A stretch of 64,000 nucleotides of DNA, taken from the NCBI GenBank assembly GCA_965223005.1, contig CBDCVK010000005.1:192001-256000 (forward strand), read 5' to 3'. The position numbers and the translations under genes were made by a program. The first letter of the stretch is position 1, and every line of letters starts with the position of its first letter. Below, one piece after another: positions 51,393 through 60,525 of this stretch. Below the pieces are notes generated by a model, which was not told the origin of the DNA, did no database searches, and saw only the letters and a program-made list of their open reading frames with translations. The stretch comes from Terriglobia bacterium (GTDB lineage: Bacteria > Acidobacteriota > Terriglobia > JAJPHL01 > JAPKYU01).

Positions 51393-52201
51393 ATATGAGC
51401 TTCAAAGATCGGGTTGTAGTCGTCACCGGCGCGGCCATGGGAATCGGGGAGGCAGTCGCGCTCCGTTTCGCGCAGCTTGACGGAACGGTTGCTCTTCTGG
51501 ACAACAACGAAGAGGCTGGCCAGAAGACCTCCAAGTCCTTGCAGGCCAAGGGCATGCGGGCAGAATTCTTCGCCTGTGACGTCAGCACGGCGGGGCAGGT
51601 TGAGCGAGCCATTGCCTCCGTGGTCAGCAAGCTCGGCGGCATAGACGTTTTGGTTAGCAACGCTGCGATTCAGCGCTACGGCGACGTGGTGAGCACATCC
51701 GAGGAGACGTGGGATGAAGTGATGGCCGTCAATCTGAAAGCGTCGTTCTTGCTTTCCAAGTACGCGGTCCCCCGGATGATTGAACGGGGAGGCGGAGCCA
51801 TTGTTGTTACTGGCTCTGTGCAGTCACTGGCGGCATTGGGGAATTCGGTTGCCTATGTAACCGCCAAGCATGGCTTGTTGGGCATGGTGCGGGCGATTGC
51901 GATCGACCACGCAAAGCAGAAGATCCGGGCGAATCTTGTCTGCCCGGGCGCGATCGACACGCCTATGCTGCGCTGGTCCGCCGGGTTGGCTCCCGAACCG
52001 GATAAAGTCATCGAAGCCTGCACCCGGGCCCACGCTTTGGGGCGAATCGGCCGACCCGAAGAAGTGGCCAACGCCATTGCGTTCCTGGCCAGCGAGTGGG
52101 CTTCTTTCATAACCGGAGCGGCCCTATTGGTGGATGGTGGCGTGTTGGCGCCGGCGGGCGGAATGGCGTTTGTTGAAAGCGGAACCGGCAGCCATCAGTA
52201 G
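51389..52201 (+). CDS. SDR family oxidoreductase
   Basis: TGAAMGIG, YVTAK, PGAIDT, ITG...VDGG. Confidence 0.92.
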   Translation: MNMSFKDRVVVVTGAAMGIGEAVALRFAQLDGTVALLDNNEEAGQKTSKSLQAKGMRAEFFACDVSTAGQVERAIASVVSKLGGIDVLVSNAAIQRYGDVVSTSEETWDEVMAVNLKASFLLSKYAVPRMIERGGGAIVVTGSVQSLAALGNSVAYVTAKHGLLGMVRAIAIDHAKQKIRANLVCPGAIDTPMLRWSAGLAPEPDKVIEACTRAHALGRIGRPEEVANAIAFLASEWASFITGAALLVDGGVLAPAGGMAFVESGTGSHQ

Positions 52202-52344
52202 GATTCCGTTTGTGCTGTGCCCCTTTCCGCCTGCTAGCGCTGTGTCCATCCGTTCTTCAGCGCCAGCCATGAGGGCAGCCACCGACGGCAGGTGTGATGA
52301 CCAAAAGGTCAGGCGCCAGCCCTCAAAAGTCCACTTGAGCAACG

Positions 52345-53553
52345 TTAGTGCCTTGCATTTACTTCGCTACTTCTCGAATGCATAGAAAAGAAATGGAGGA
52401 ATTTGCTCCGTTCCTCCGTGCGGGGGGGGGAGATGCCGGCCGCAACGGCGGCGATCCGACGTAGGCTGGTGGTCAGTTGGTCATTATGGTTCTTCGAGAG
52501 CGGAACGCCGAGGTTCATGGCTTCACTCACTTGCCGGAAATCGTTTGGCAGCCGAGCGAAAATGCGGCGCTTCAGGTTCTTCTCTATGTTCTTCAGAGCC
52601 TCTTCGTCTTTGCGATGCCAGCGGTTCACGACGACGTGAATTTGGTGGGGTGCAAAGCCCGTAGAGGAAACGGCCGAAAGCTGACGGTCCAGGCTCCAGA
52701 GTGCGGGGACGTTTGCTTCTGTGATCATGAAAACCTGGTGCGCCAGGCTCAGGACAGGCTTCCACTCTGTTGAGTAGTCCGAACCCAGGTCGATCACCAC
52801 GAAATCGGAAGCGCTCTGAGCCACGTTGACCACTCGGGCAATGGCAGGCACGGAAAGCCTGTGCCAGTGGTCCGGATGGGACGCTCCTGCCAAGAGTTGC
52901 AAGCCGCTCTCGTGCTGCACCAGGAGCCCACCTAGAAAGTGGCTGTCCAGGCGTTCCAGGTTTTCCACCGCATCGCCAATCGAGAATTTCGGCTGCAGAT
53001 CCAGCAGCAAAGCGTCATGGCCCAAAGGGCGGGCCAAGTCAAACAGAACCACACGCTTGCTGGTGAGCTGGGCAAGTTGGACGCCTAAATTAACCGCGAC
53101 CGTGCTGGTACCGACGCCACCCTTCGCACCCATCACTACGATCACTCTTGTTCCGTCTTCGGCTTGCCCGGTTTCGTGTTCCTGGAGGAAACGCTCCAGG
53201 ATTGCTTTCAGCGCTCCTGGCTGAACGGGTTTGGGTAGGAATTCCTGCACCCCGGTCCGCATGGCTTTCAGGAGCAACTCTGGATCCGGAGTTTTCCAGG
53301 GGGAGCAGGCGATGATGTGAACGGTCGGACGGCGACGCCGGAGTTGGTCCGCCAGGGCCAGGTATGGTTCGGTGTCCGAGTAGAGGTCCAACAGGACCAC
53401 GTCCGGCACCGTCTCCCCTGAGCCAAGCTGCCAGTCACCTTTGCTGGGTAGGGTCCATTCCGCAACGGAGCTTACAAGCCCCGTTTGCTCGAGTAATGCT
53501 CGAAAAGTTCCGCTGCTTGTCGCGTCTTTGCTGGCAATAGCTGTGGTTAGCAT
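52345..53553 (-). CDS. cpaE: Tad pilus assembly protein CpaE/TadZ (orphan)
   Basis: Receiver-like N-terminus plus MinD-like GAKGGVGTS, VVNR, LPND. Confidence 0.85.
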   Translation of the reverse strand: MLTTAIASKDATSSGTFRALLEQTGLVSSVAEWTLPSKGDWQLGSGETVPDVVLLDLYSDTEPYLALADQLRRRRPTVHIIACSPWKTPDPELLLKAMRTGVQEFLPKPVQPGALKAILERFLQEHETGQAEDGTRVIVVMGAKGGVGTSTVAVNLGVQLAQLTSKRVVLFDLARPLGHDALLLDLQPKFSIGDAVENLERLDSHFLGGLLVQHESGLQLLAGASHPDHWHRLSVPAIARVVNVAQSASDFVVIDLGSDYSTEWKPVLSLAHQVFMITEANVPALWSLDRQLSAVSSTGFAPHQIHVVVNRWHRKDEEALKNIEKNLKRRIFARLPNDFRQVSEAMNLGVPLSKNHNDQLTTSLRRIAAVAAGISPPRTEERSKFLHFFSMHSRSSEVNARH

Positions 53554-54032
53554 AAGATTGGTCCTTTCAGTGCTGTCCCTTTTTCAGCGCCATGGACTTC
53601 ATCTGGGGACTCACCGGGAGAATCCGTAGAAACTCCGGGAGGGATCTGCGGGTCTTCCGCCCCGCAACCATCGCGCAGAACAGCGCCGCCATGGTCTGGG
53701 TCCTTTGGGTCCTTGTGCTGTCCATAACAGTGCCTAGTTAAACGGAGCCGCAACAAATGGCCAATAGGCCCACAGTTACATTTTTGTTTAGTACTTTTGG
53801 ACTAGCGGGCGGGCGCCTAGCAGGTGGGGATCATGGCAGGATGGCGGGGCTTCTCCACCATGTGAGCAACGCCGCGCCACGGAGGGTATAGCTGAGCAAT
53901 GGGTCGGTCCGCCTGCCGGTTGGCGGCACAGCCAGGGGAGTTCGTGTGAGATGCGTAGGCGCGACCCCTTCGCTCAGAAAAAGGGAAGTCAGCCGTTACG
54001 CTTGACGACCTTCTTCGGGGGGCTTTGGGGGG

Positions 54033-55490
54033 TTAAGCCAGCGCTTCCTCGATCAGGTTGCCACCGTTGATGGTAGCTCGCTCGGCCCTGCCGTTGTGCA
54101 TGAAAGTCAGATTGAGATGGTTCAGACCCATCAGGTGCAGTATGGTGGCGTGGATATCGTGGACATGGCACGGGCGCTCGACGGCGCGGAGTCCGATTTC
54201 GTCGGTGGCACCAATGGTCTGGCCACCCTTAATACCGCCGCCGGCCATCCAGAGCGTGAAACCCCAGGGGTTGTGGTCACGGCCGTCGCCCTTTTCGTTG
54301 AATGGCGTGCGCCCGAACTCGCCGCCCCACACCACGAGCGTCCTCTCCAGCAGGCCGCGGGCCCTCAGGTCGGTCAGCAGGCCAGCGATGGGTTTGTCGG
54401 AGACCTTGCACATCTTCGAATGGTTTCCTTCCACGTCCTCATGGGCATCCCAGGCCCTGCCGCTGCCACAATACGATTCTACAAATCGCACGCCGCGCTC
54501 CACCAGCCGACGGGCCATCAGGCAGTTGGCGCCAAACTTGGCGGTCGGCTCCTCATCCAAGCCATAAAGCTTCTTGGTAGTCTCGGATTCCTTCGATAGA
54601 TCTACCGCCTCGGGAGCCGCCGACTGCATCCGATAGGCCAGCTCGTAGGAATTCACCCGGGCTTCCAACTCCGTGTCGCCGAGCTTGTCAGCAGCGTAGT
54701 GCTGGTTCAAGGCGGACAGCAGGTCCAACTTGCTACGCTGTTGTTTTTCGCCTATGGTTTCGGGAGGAACCAAATGGAAAATGGGGGGACCTTCCTTGCG
54801 GAAGCGCGTTCCCTGGTAACTAGCGGGCAAGAAACCGGAGCTCCAGTTCTTGGAGCCGCCGACCACTGGACCCGCGTCGGTAAGAATCACGAAGGTGGGC
54901 AGATTCTCGTTCTCCGAACCTAGCCCGTAAGTCACCCAGGCGCCCAAGGCAGGCCGCCCGGCCAGGAGCGACCCGGTATTCATCTGGCTATTTGCAGGTA
55001 GGTGGGAAATGCCATCGGACCAACATGACCGCAGGACAGCGATGTCATCGACGTGCTGGGCGATCCGGGTATACCAGTCAGACACCCAGATGCCGCTTTG
55101 GCCGTAGCGCTTCCAGGTTCGCCGCGAGGGCATGAGCGTGTTCGAAGCACTCCGCTCTAAAGTGTCGCCTCCAGCAGTGATGGGCCGGCCAAATGAATCC
55201 GGCATCGGCTGGCCCCCCAGCTTTTCCAGCATCGGCTTGGGATCGAACAGGTCCACATGGCTCGGCCCGCCTTCCATGAAAAGCCAAATGACCGACGTAG
55301 CTTTGGGTGGATGATGCGGTTGCTTCGGAGCCAGAGGATTAACAGTGGCCGCTGCCGCCATCGGGGGGAATCTGCCATCCTGGCCGAGCAGATAGCCCAG
55401 CGCCAAGGCGCCCAGGCCGCTGCCAGCGCGGTTGAGAAACTCGCGTCGGGTTCGGACGGGAACGATAGGAAGTCCGTTTTTTTGCATCAT
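54033..55490 (-). CDS. DUF1501 protein
   Basis: TRREFL Tat motif, FMEGGPSHVDLFDPKP, ARRLVERGVRF, GEFGRTP, GRDH. Confidence 0.92.
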   Translation of the reverse strand: MMQKNGLPIVPVRTRREFLNRAGSGLGALALGYLLGQDGRFPPMAAAATVNPLAPKQPHHPPKATSVIWLFMEGGPSHVDLFDPKPMLEKLGGQPMPDSFGRPITAGGDTLERSASNTLMPSRRTWKRYGQSGIWVSDWYTRIAQHVDDIAVLRSCWSDGISHLPANSQMNTGSLLAGRPALGAWVTYGLGSENENLPTFVILTDAGPVVGGSKNWSSGFLPASYQGTRFRKEGPPIFHLVPPETIGEKQQRSKLDLLSALNQHYAADKLGDTELEARVNSYELAYRMQSAAPEAVDLSKESETTKKLYGLDEEPTAKFGANCLMARRLVERGVRFVESYCGSGRAWDAHEDVEGNHSKMCKVSDKPIAGLLTDLRARGLLERTLVVWGGEFGRTPFNEKGDGRDHNPWGFTLWMAGGGIKGGQTIGATDEIGLRAVERPCHVHDIHATILHLMGLNHLNLTFMHNGRAERATINGGNLIEEALA

Positions 55491-55499
55491 GGCCTGCTC

Positions 55500-57782
55500 C
55501 TAGTTCCGATACACAAATTCGTTGGAGTTGATCAACATGTGGCAGAAATCGACCAGTACAGCTCCGTGCACCGGATCCATAGCATCCGGCAGCGAGGTCG
55601 GTAACGCCAGCTTTTCGTCTGCCGAAGCTCGCTCAGCAACGAGCGCACGGTGGCGCTGGAAGAATGTTAGCGCGGTTCGCTTTTCTCCCGCGTCAGGCTG
55701 CCGCGAATAAGCCAGCCGGTACGCCTCTTCGATTTGTGCCTCCGGACTCGGGCCCGCCCTCCCCAGCACGCGGCCCGCAAAAGCCTGGGCCCACTCCAGC
55801 GTCAATTTGTTGTTGAGAAACGTCAGCGCCTGCGGCGCCGTGGTCGTGATATGGCGGCGCCCACAACTTTCGTGGGTGTCGGGCATGTCGAAAACTTCGA
55901 GCATTGGGTAGCGGGCGTTCCGACGCACAAATATATAAATGCTACGACGATTCCGCTCCGCTGGATCTTTCGAGACTTTCCAACCGCCTCGGATGACCAT
56001 CCCTGGAGGAAGCTCGGGCAAGACGCTGCGACCTCCTACCTTGGGGTTCAATAGGCCCGCGACGAACAGGGCTGAATCACGAATGACTTCACCTTGCAGT
56101 CGCTGGCGCGGGAACCGCCACCACAGGTGGTTGCCGGGGTCAACCTTCGCAGCCTCTTCGCGGCCAGCCGAGGCCTGTTGATACGTGTTCGATGCCATGA
56201 TCAGCCGATGCATCTGCTTGATGCTCCAGCCGCTTCGGATAAACTCATCAGCCAGCCAGTCCAACAACCTGGGGTGAGTCGGCCGGTCCCCCATCCTGCC
56301 AAAATCGCTCGGTGTGGCCAAAATCCCGCGCCCAAAGTGGTAGTGCCAGATACGGTTCACCATGACTCGGGCGGTCAGCGGATTTTTCGGGCTGGCCAGC
56401 CAGTTTGCCAAAGCCGTCCGACGACCGGTGGATTCCGCCACGCTGGGTGGGATGATTTTTGCGGAACGGGAGTCCAAGATCGAGAGAAAGCCCGGCTGAA
56501 CCTCTTCTAGCGGCGCGTCATACTTGCCCACCACTAAGATATGAGTCGGCGGGGACTGCCGGCTGATATCGATGATTCCGGTGCCCAGGGCCAGTTCGCC
56601 TGGATGAACCGAAGAGAACTCTTCCATCTCAGCCTTGAGCGCCTCCAGCCCCGGCTGGACCTCCTTCCAGCGCTTCTGCCGTGTGGCATCGTCCTCCAGT
56701 TTCTTCGCTACGGTCTCCCAGGTCGGGTTCAAGAACTTTTTGACCCTGTAATATATTTGCCGCTGGATGGCGCTCCGCTCGGCGGCTGGCTTGCGAATGG
56801 CACTTCGGACTTCGGGTAGGTAGTTGGCCCAGAGTTCGGCTACTTCCGTTGTGTGCTCGGGTTCAATAAGCGCCTCAATCTTCTCCCGAATGTGGCGGGT
56901 TTTTTCTTCCCACACAGCCATCCGTTCGCGATGCTTCCGGACACGGTCAGGCGGCCAGAGAAAGATTCCGTCATTCGCGCCCACATTAGCGAAAAAAGCC
57001 TGCAATCGGTAATAGTCCGCTTGCAAGACGGGGTCGAATTTGTGATCGTGGCAGCGTGCGCAGCCATAGGTCAGGCCCAGGAAAGTCGCCGCCACCGTAT
57101 CCGTGATGTCGTTCAGGATTTCCTGCCGACGCCGCAGGACATTCGGGGCGCGGCTTTCGTCGGGGTAATGACGGTTGAAAGCAGTGCCGATATGCACTTC
57201 AGGATCGTCAGGCCAGAGCTCATCGCCGGCGATTTGCTCGCGGATGAACCGGTCGTACGGCTTGTCCTGGTTGAATGCCTGGATGACGTAGTCTCGATAG
57301 CGCCAGGCGTTGGGTCGAGGTTCATCTTCCGTGAAACCTTCGCTTTCGGCGTAGCGGGCCAGGTCAAGCCAGTGACGCGCCCAGCGCTCCCCGTAATGAG
57401 GTGAGGCGAGCAAACGATCCACGACTTTCTCGAAAGCGTTGAGAGAGCGGTCTGCCAGAAAAGCATCGGCCTCCTGCGGCGTGGCCGGAAGGCCGGTCAG
57501 GTCGTACGTGGCGCGCCGCAGCAGACTGATCTTGTCGGCGGGAGACGCCGGGGTCAGGCCCTTGGCCTCCAGCCGGGCCTGTATGAAGGCGTCAATCGGG
57601 TTGCGGACCCATTTCGCGCCTTGAACTTCTGGAATTTCAGGCCGCTTGACTTGCTGAAACGCCCAGTATTTGCGGTCCTGCGGGGTGAAGGGATCCTTCG
57701 GAGGCGCAGCGGTGTTGGCGAGCGGCAGAAGTACAACCCCTGCCACCAGCAAGGTCATCAAGCAGGAGGTGTTTTGTTGCAT
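55500..57782 (-). CDS. DUF1549/DUF1553 (PSCyt2/PSD1) protein
   Basis: NPIDAFI, YGERWARHWLDLARY, CARCHDHKFDP, NPLTARVMVNRIW, PQAL. Confidence 0.92.
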   Translation of the reverse strand: MQQNTSCLMTLLVAGVVLLPLANTAAPPKDPFTPQDRKYWAFQQVKRPEIPEVQGAKWVRNPIDAFIQARLEAKGLTPASPADKISLLRRATYDLTGLPATPQEADAFLADRSLNAFEKVVDRLLASPHYGERWARHWLDLARYAESEGFTEDEPRPNAWRYRDYVIQAFNQDKPYDRFIREQIAGDELWPDDPEVHIGTAFNRHYPDESRAPNVLRRRQEILNDITDTVAATFLGLTYGCARCHDHKFDPVLQADYYRLQAFFANVGANDGIFLWPPDRVRKHRERMAVWEEKTRHIREKIEALIEPEHTTEVAELWANYLPEVRSAIRKPAAERSAIQRQIYYRVKKFLNPTWETVAKKLEDDATRQKRWKEVQPGLEALKAEMEEFSSVHPGELALGTGIIDISRQSPPTHILVVGKYDAPLEEVQPGFLSILDSRSAKIIPPSVAESTGRRTALANWLASPKNPLTARVMVNRIWHYHFGRGILATPSDFGRMGDRPTHPRLLDWLADEFIRSGWSIKQMHRLIMASNTYQQASAGREEAAKVDPGNHLWWRFPRQRLQGEVIRDSALFVAGLLNPKVGGRSVLPELPPGMVIRGGWKVSKDPAERNRRSIYIFVRRNARYPMLEVFDMPDTHESCGRRHITTTAPQALTFLNNKLTLEWAQAFAGRVLGRAGPSPEAQIEEAYRLAYSRQPDAGEKRTALTFFQRHRALVAERASADEKLALPTSLPDAMDPVHGAVLVDFCHMLINSNEFVYRN

Positions 57783-57975
57783 TTCATCGAGAGGCTAGCT
57801 AGGAAAAATGTGTGATAAACGCCTGAAACCGTTCGCCAGCTGCCTCTCGTAAAACACCTCTTGTAAGGGTAGGCCTCATCGGGGTGACTGTCAATAATCA
57901 ATGACAAAGACGCTCTCTTGGGCAACTTCACAGGGGTAGCACCTTGGGATGGCCGCCCGGGCGGCTCTGGAAGCC

Positions 57976-58896
57976 TTAAGGACGAACTCCTTCTGCTTCC
58001 AGACGAATCCGATATAGTCCCGTTCGAGCGGTCATGTAGAGTGTCTTGGCATCACTCGCACCCCAGTGACAGTTGGCGGGAATCTCAGAGGGCTTAATTG
58101 TACCGAGATGCTTGCCGTCGGGTGAAAAGATCCAGACACCTCCCGGGCCTGTACAATAGAGGTTTCCGTTCTTGTCCACCTTCATGCCGTCCGGTGCACC
58201 TGCCTCGGCCTCTCGCGTGACATCGCAGAAGACAGTGCCGTTGGCGATCGTACTGTCCGGCTGCACCTCGAAGCGCATCCAGATTTTCTTTGCCCGGTCG
58301 GAATTAGCTACGTAGAGATACTTCTCGTCCGGAGAGAAGACAAGCCCGTTGGGACGAGTCATCTCGCTGTAAAGCAGCTGCAGTTCACCTCCAGCCAGGC
58401 GGTATATCCCGTTGAAGTCCAAATCCCTCTGGGGATCGTCCTCGAGTCCTACCAAGCCATAAGGAGGATCTGTGAAGTAGAGAGACCCGTCGGATTTGTA
58501 AACCAAATCATTGGGGCTGTTGAGGCGCTTCCCTTTGTATTTGTCAGCCAGCACGGACAAACTACCGTCCTTTTCCAGACGCGTGATGCGGCGATTCCCG
58601 TGCTCGCAGATGACGAGCCGGCCTTCAGAATCAAGCGTCAGACCATTTGAGCCGATGACGGCTCCCTCGGGCGCGTCTGATCCGTCGTAACCACTTGGCT
58701 TCCGGAACAAGGTGACTCCACCATCGGGGGCCCATTTGAAGATGGAGTTCGCGGGTATGTCGCTAAACAGCAGATATCCCTCGTGGACCCAGACGGGACC
58801 CTCTGTGAAGCGAAACCCGCCGGCCAACTTTTCAATCTTGGACGATTCCGTCACGATCGAATCGAGCGCTGGGTCTGCCTTGACAATTTCACTCAT
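57976..58896 (-). CDS. SMP-30/gluconolactonase family protein
   Basis: FTEGPVW, NSPND, PNG, PDGMKVD. Confidence 0.92.
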   Translation of the reverse strand: MSEIVKADPALDSIVTESSKIEKLAGGFRFTEGPVWVHEGYLLFSDIPANSIFKWAPDGGVTLFRKPSGYDGSDAPEGAVIGSNGLTLDSEGRLVICEHGNRRITRLEKDGSLSVLADKYKGKRLNSPNDLVYKSDGSLYFTDPPYGLVGLEDDPQRDLDFNGIYRLAGGELQLLYSEMTRPNGLVFSPDEKYLYVANSDRAKKIWMRFEVQPDSTIANGTVFCDVTREAEAGAPDGMKVDKNGNLYCTGPGGVWIFSPDGKHLGTIKPSEIPANCHWGASDAKTLYMTARTGLYRIRLEAEGVRP

Positions 58897-59025
58897 TTCA
58901 ACTGTGTTTCCGGCACGTTCCGCGAGCTGACCTTATAACACAGCAGCTGCTCGCTACGCGCTTCTCCACGTGGCTCGGCATTCTACGCCAACGGTCTTGT
59001 TGACTCAAGAGCTCGCTCGAAGCCG

Positions 59026-60354
59026 CTACCAACCCTTCCAGCTTCCATCGTCGTGCCGGTACTGGCGGTAGGGCATGTTTCTTTCATAAGGAAGCCTGGC
59101 GATGTGGTTTTCCCTGACATCCACGCCCAAACCGGGCCGATCGTTGAGTTCGATGTGCCCATTTTTCAGTAGAAAATCATGATCTACGAACTCGCTAAAG
59201 CGGTCCAGCCGCCAAACCTCCTGGATCAAGAAATTCCTGATCACTGCGTCCCCGTGTAGCAGCGCGGCGAAATGGATAGGTCCCCCCGCGTTGTGGGGAG
59301 CCATCAGCATCTGCGCCTCATCCGCCAGGCGGGATATGTGGAGGTAATTATTGAGGCCAAAGCTGTGACTCACATCAGGTTGGAGGAAGATACAGGCACG
59401 AGCGTCGATTACCTGTTTGAAATCCCGAAAACCAAAGAGTTTCTCCCCGGTGGCAATCGGCACCGGGCTTTTTGCCGAAATCGCTTTCAGTGCGTCGACA
59501 TCGCCCACCTTGCATGGCTCTTCGAGAAACAGGGGACGGTAAGGCGCCACCATGTGCGCAAATGCGATACTCAGCGCTGGATTCGGGCTGCCGTGAGCGT
59601 CCACCATCAGTTCGACATCCGGACCAACTTCCTTGCGCACCGCCGCCACCACCTTGGCGGAATGCTCTAAGGCGTGGTGGTCCATCGGCCAGGTTCGAGA
59701 TTCCAGGGGATTGCCTTTCAAGCCCCTGGCGCCCGCCTCGACGGCAGCCCGAGCCTCAGCACGAGCGCGTTCCACCGACTCAAAATTGATGCCTCCGTTG
59801 TAAATCTTGATGCGGTCACGTTTCTTGCCTCCCAGGAGCTGGTACACCGGGGCTTTCCAAGCCTTGCCGGCGATATCATAGAGGGCCATGTTGATGGCCG
59901 CCAAGGCACTCCCCAGGACCGGTCCTCCTTTCCACGGAAGGCGGTCGGCGATGTCATCGCAGATCGCCACGACGTCCAAGGGGTTGCGGCCAACCAGCAA
60001 TTCCTCCCATCCGCGCAGAGTCGTTTCAATGACAGGGGAAAGCCACTCCGTACTTCCCTCCCCCCAGCCGTAAAGCTCGGTGTTGGTTTCAATCTTGACA
60101 AACAGCCAGGTCTTGAAAGAGCTTGAAACCAACTGGCGATTACTAGGGTCCCGAACGGACTGACCGGTGTTCACGTTGAATTTGTAGGTCTTAATCTTGG
60201 TGATTTTTAGCGGTGCTGCTTTTTTCTGTCTCTCAGGTGTTTTCTGCTCTCGAGCCGCACCAAGGGTTGCTGAAGCACCCATCACGGCGCCCACGGCCGC
60301 GGCTGCCTCCATCAGAAAACTCCTCCGATTCGACGGCTGCGAGACTTTGGCCAT
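59026..60354 (-). CDS. Enolase-superfamily dehydratase (galactonate dehydratase-like) with a Tat signal
   Basis: SNRRSFL, GWGE, VDAHG, FLEEP, ATGEK, APHN. Confidence 0.88.
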   Translation of the reverse strand: MAKVSQPSNRRSFLMEAAAAVGAVMGASATLGAAREQKTPERQKKAAPLKITKIKTYKFNVNTGQSVRDPSNRQLVSSSFKTWLFVKIETNTELYGWGEGSTEWLSPVIETTLRGWEELLVGRNPLDVVAICDDIADRLPWKGGPVLGSALAAINMALYDIAGKAWKAPVYQLLGGKKRDRIKIYNGGINFESVERARAEARAAVEAGARGLKGNPLESRTWPMDHHALEHSAKVVAAVRKEVGPDVELMVDAHGSPNPALSIAFAHMVAPYRPLFLEEPCKVGDVDALKAISAKSPVPIATGEKLFGFRDFKQVIDARACIFLQPDVSHSFGLNNYLHISRLADEAQMLMAPHNAGGPIHFAALLHGDAVIRNFLIQEVWRLDRFSEFVDHDFLLKNGHIELNDRPGLGVDVRENHIARLPYERNMPYRQYRHDDGSWKGW

Positions 60355-60525
60355 CTCATCACCTCCTTTGTTAATTTAGGTTAGTTTAGGATCGTCCCCT
60401 CGGTCGATCTCTGGCAAGGACACTTGTAGCACAACGTCACATTCTGTGTCTCTCGTGGCTTGTGATGCAGCTCCGCGGCAGGCACTGGCTAGGTAGCGCC
60501 GAGGCTCTTAAGGCCCGCTTGTAGC

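Noticed and set aside
53547-53756. Short ORFs upstream of cpaE as a pilin or Tad gene
   Set aside because: No G/xxxxEY prepilin motif or other recognisable feature
59022-59032. attR copy of the tRNA-Glu 3' end (CCGCTACCA)
   Set aside because: Only 9-10 bp and overlapping a stop codon; expected by chance
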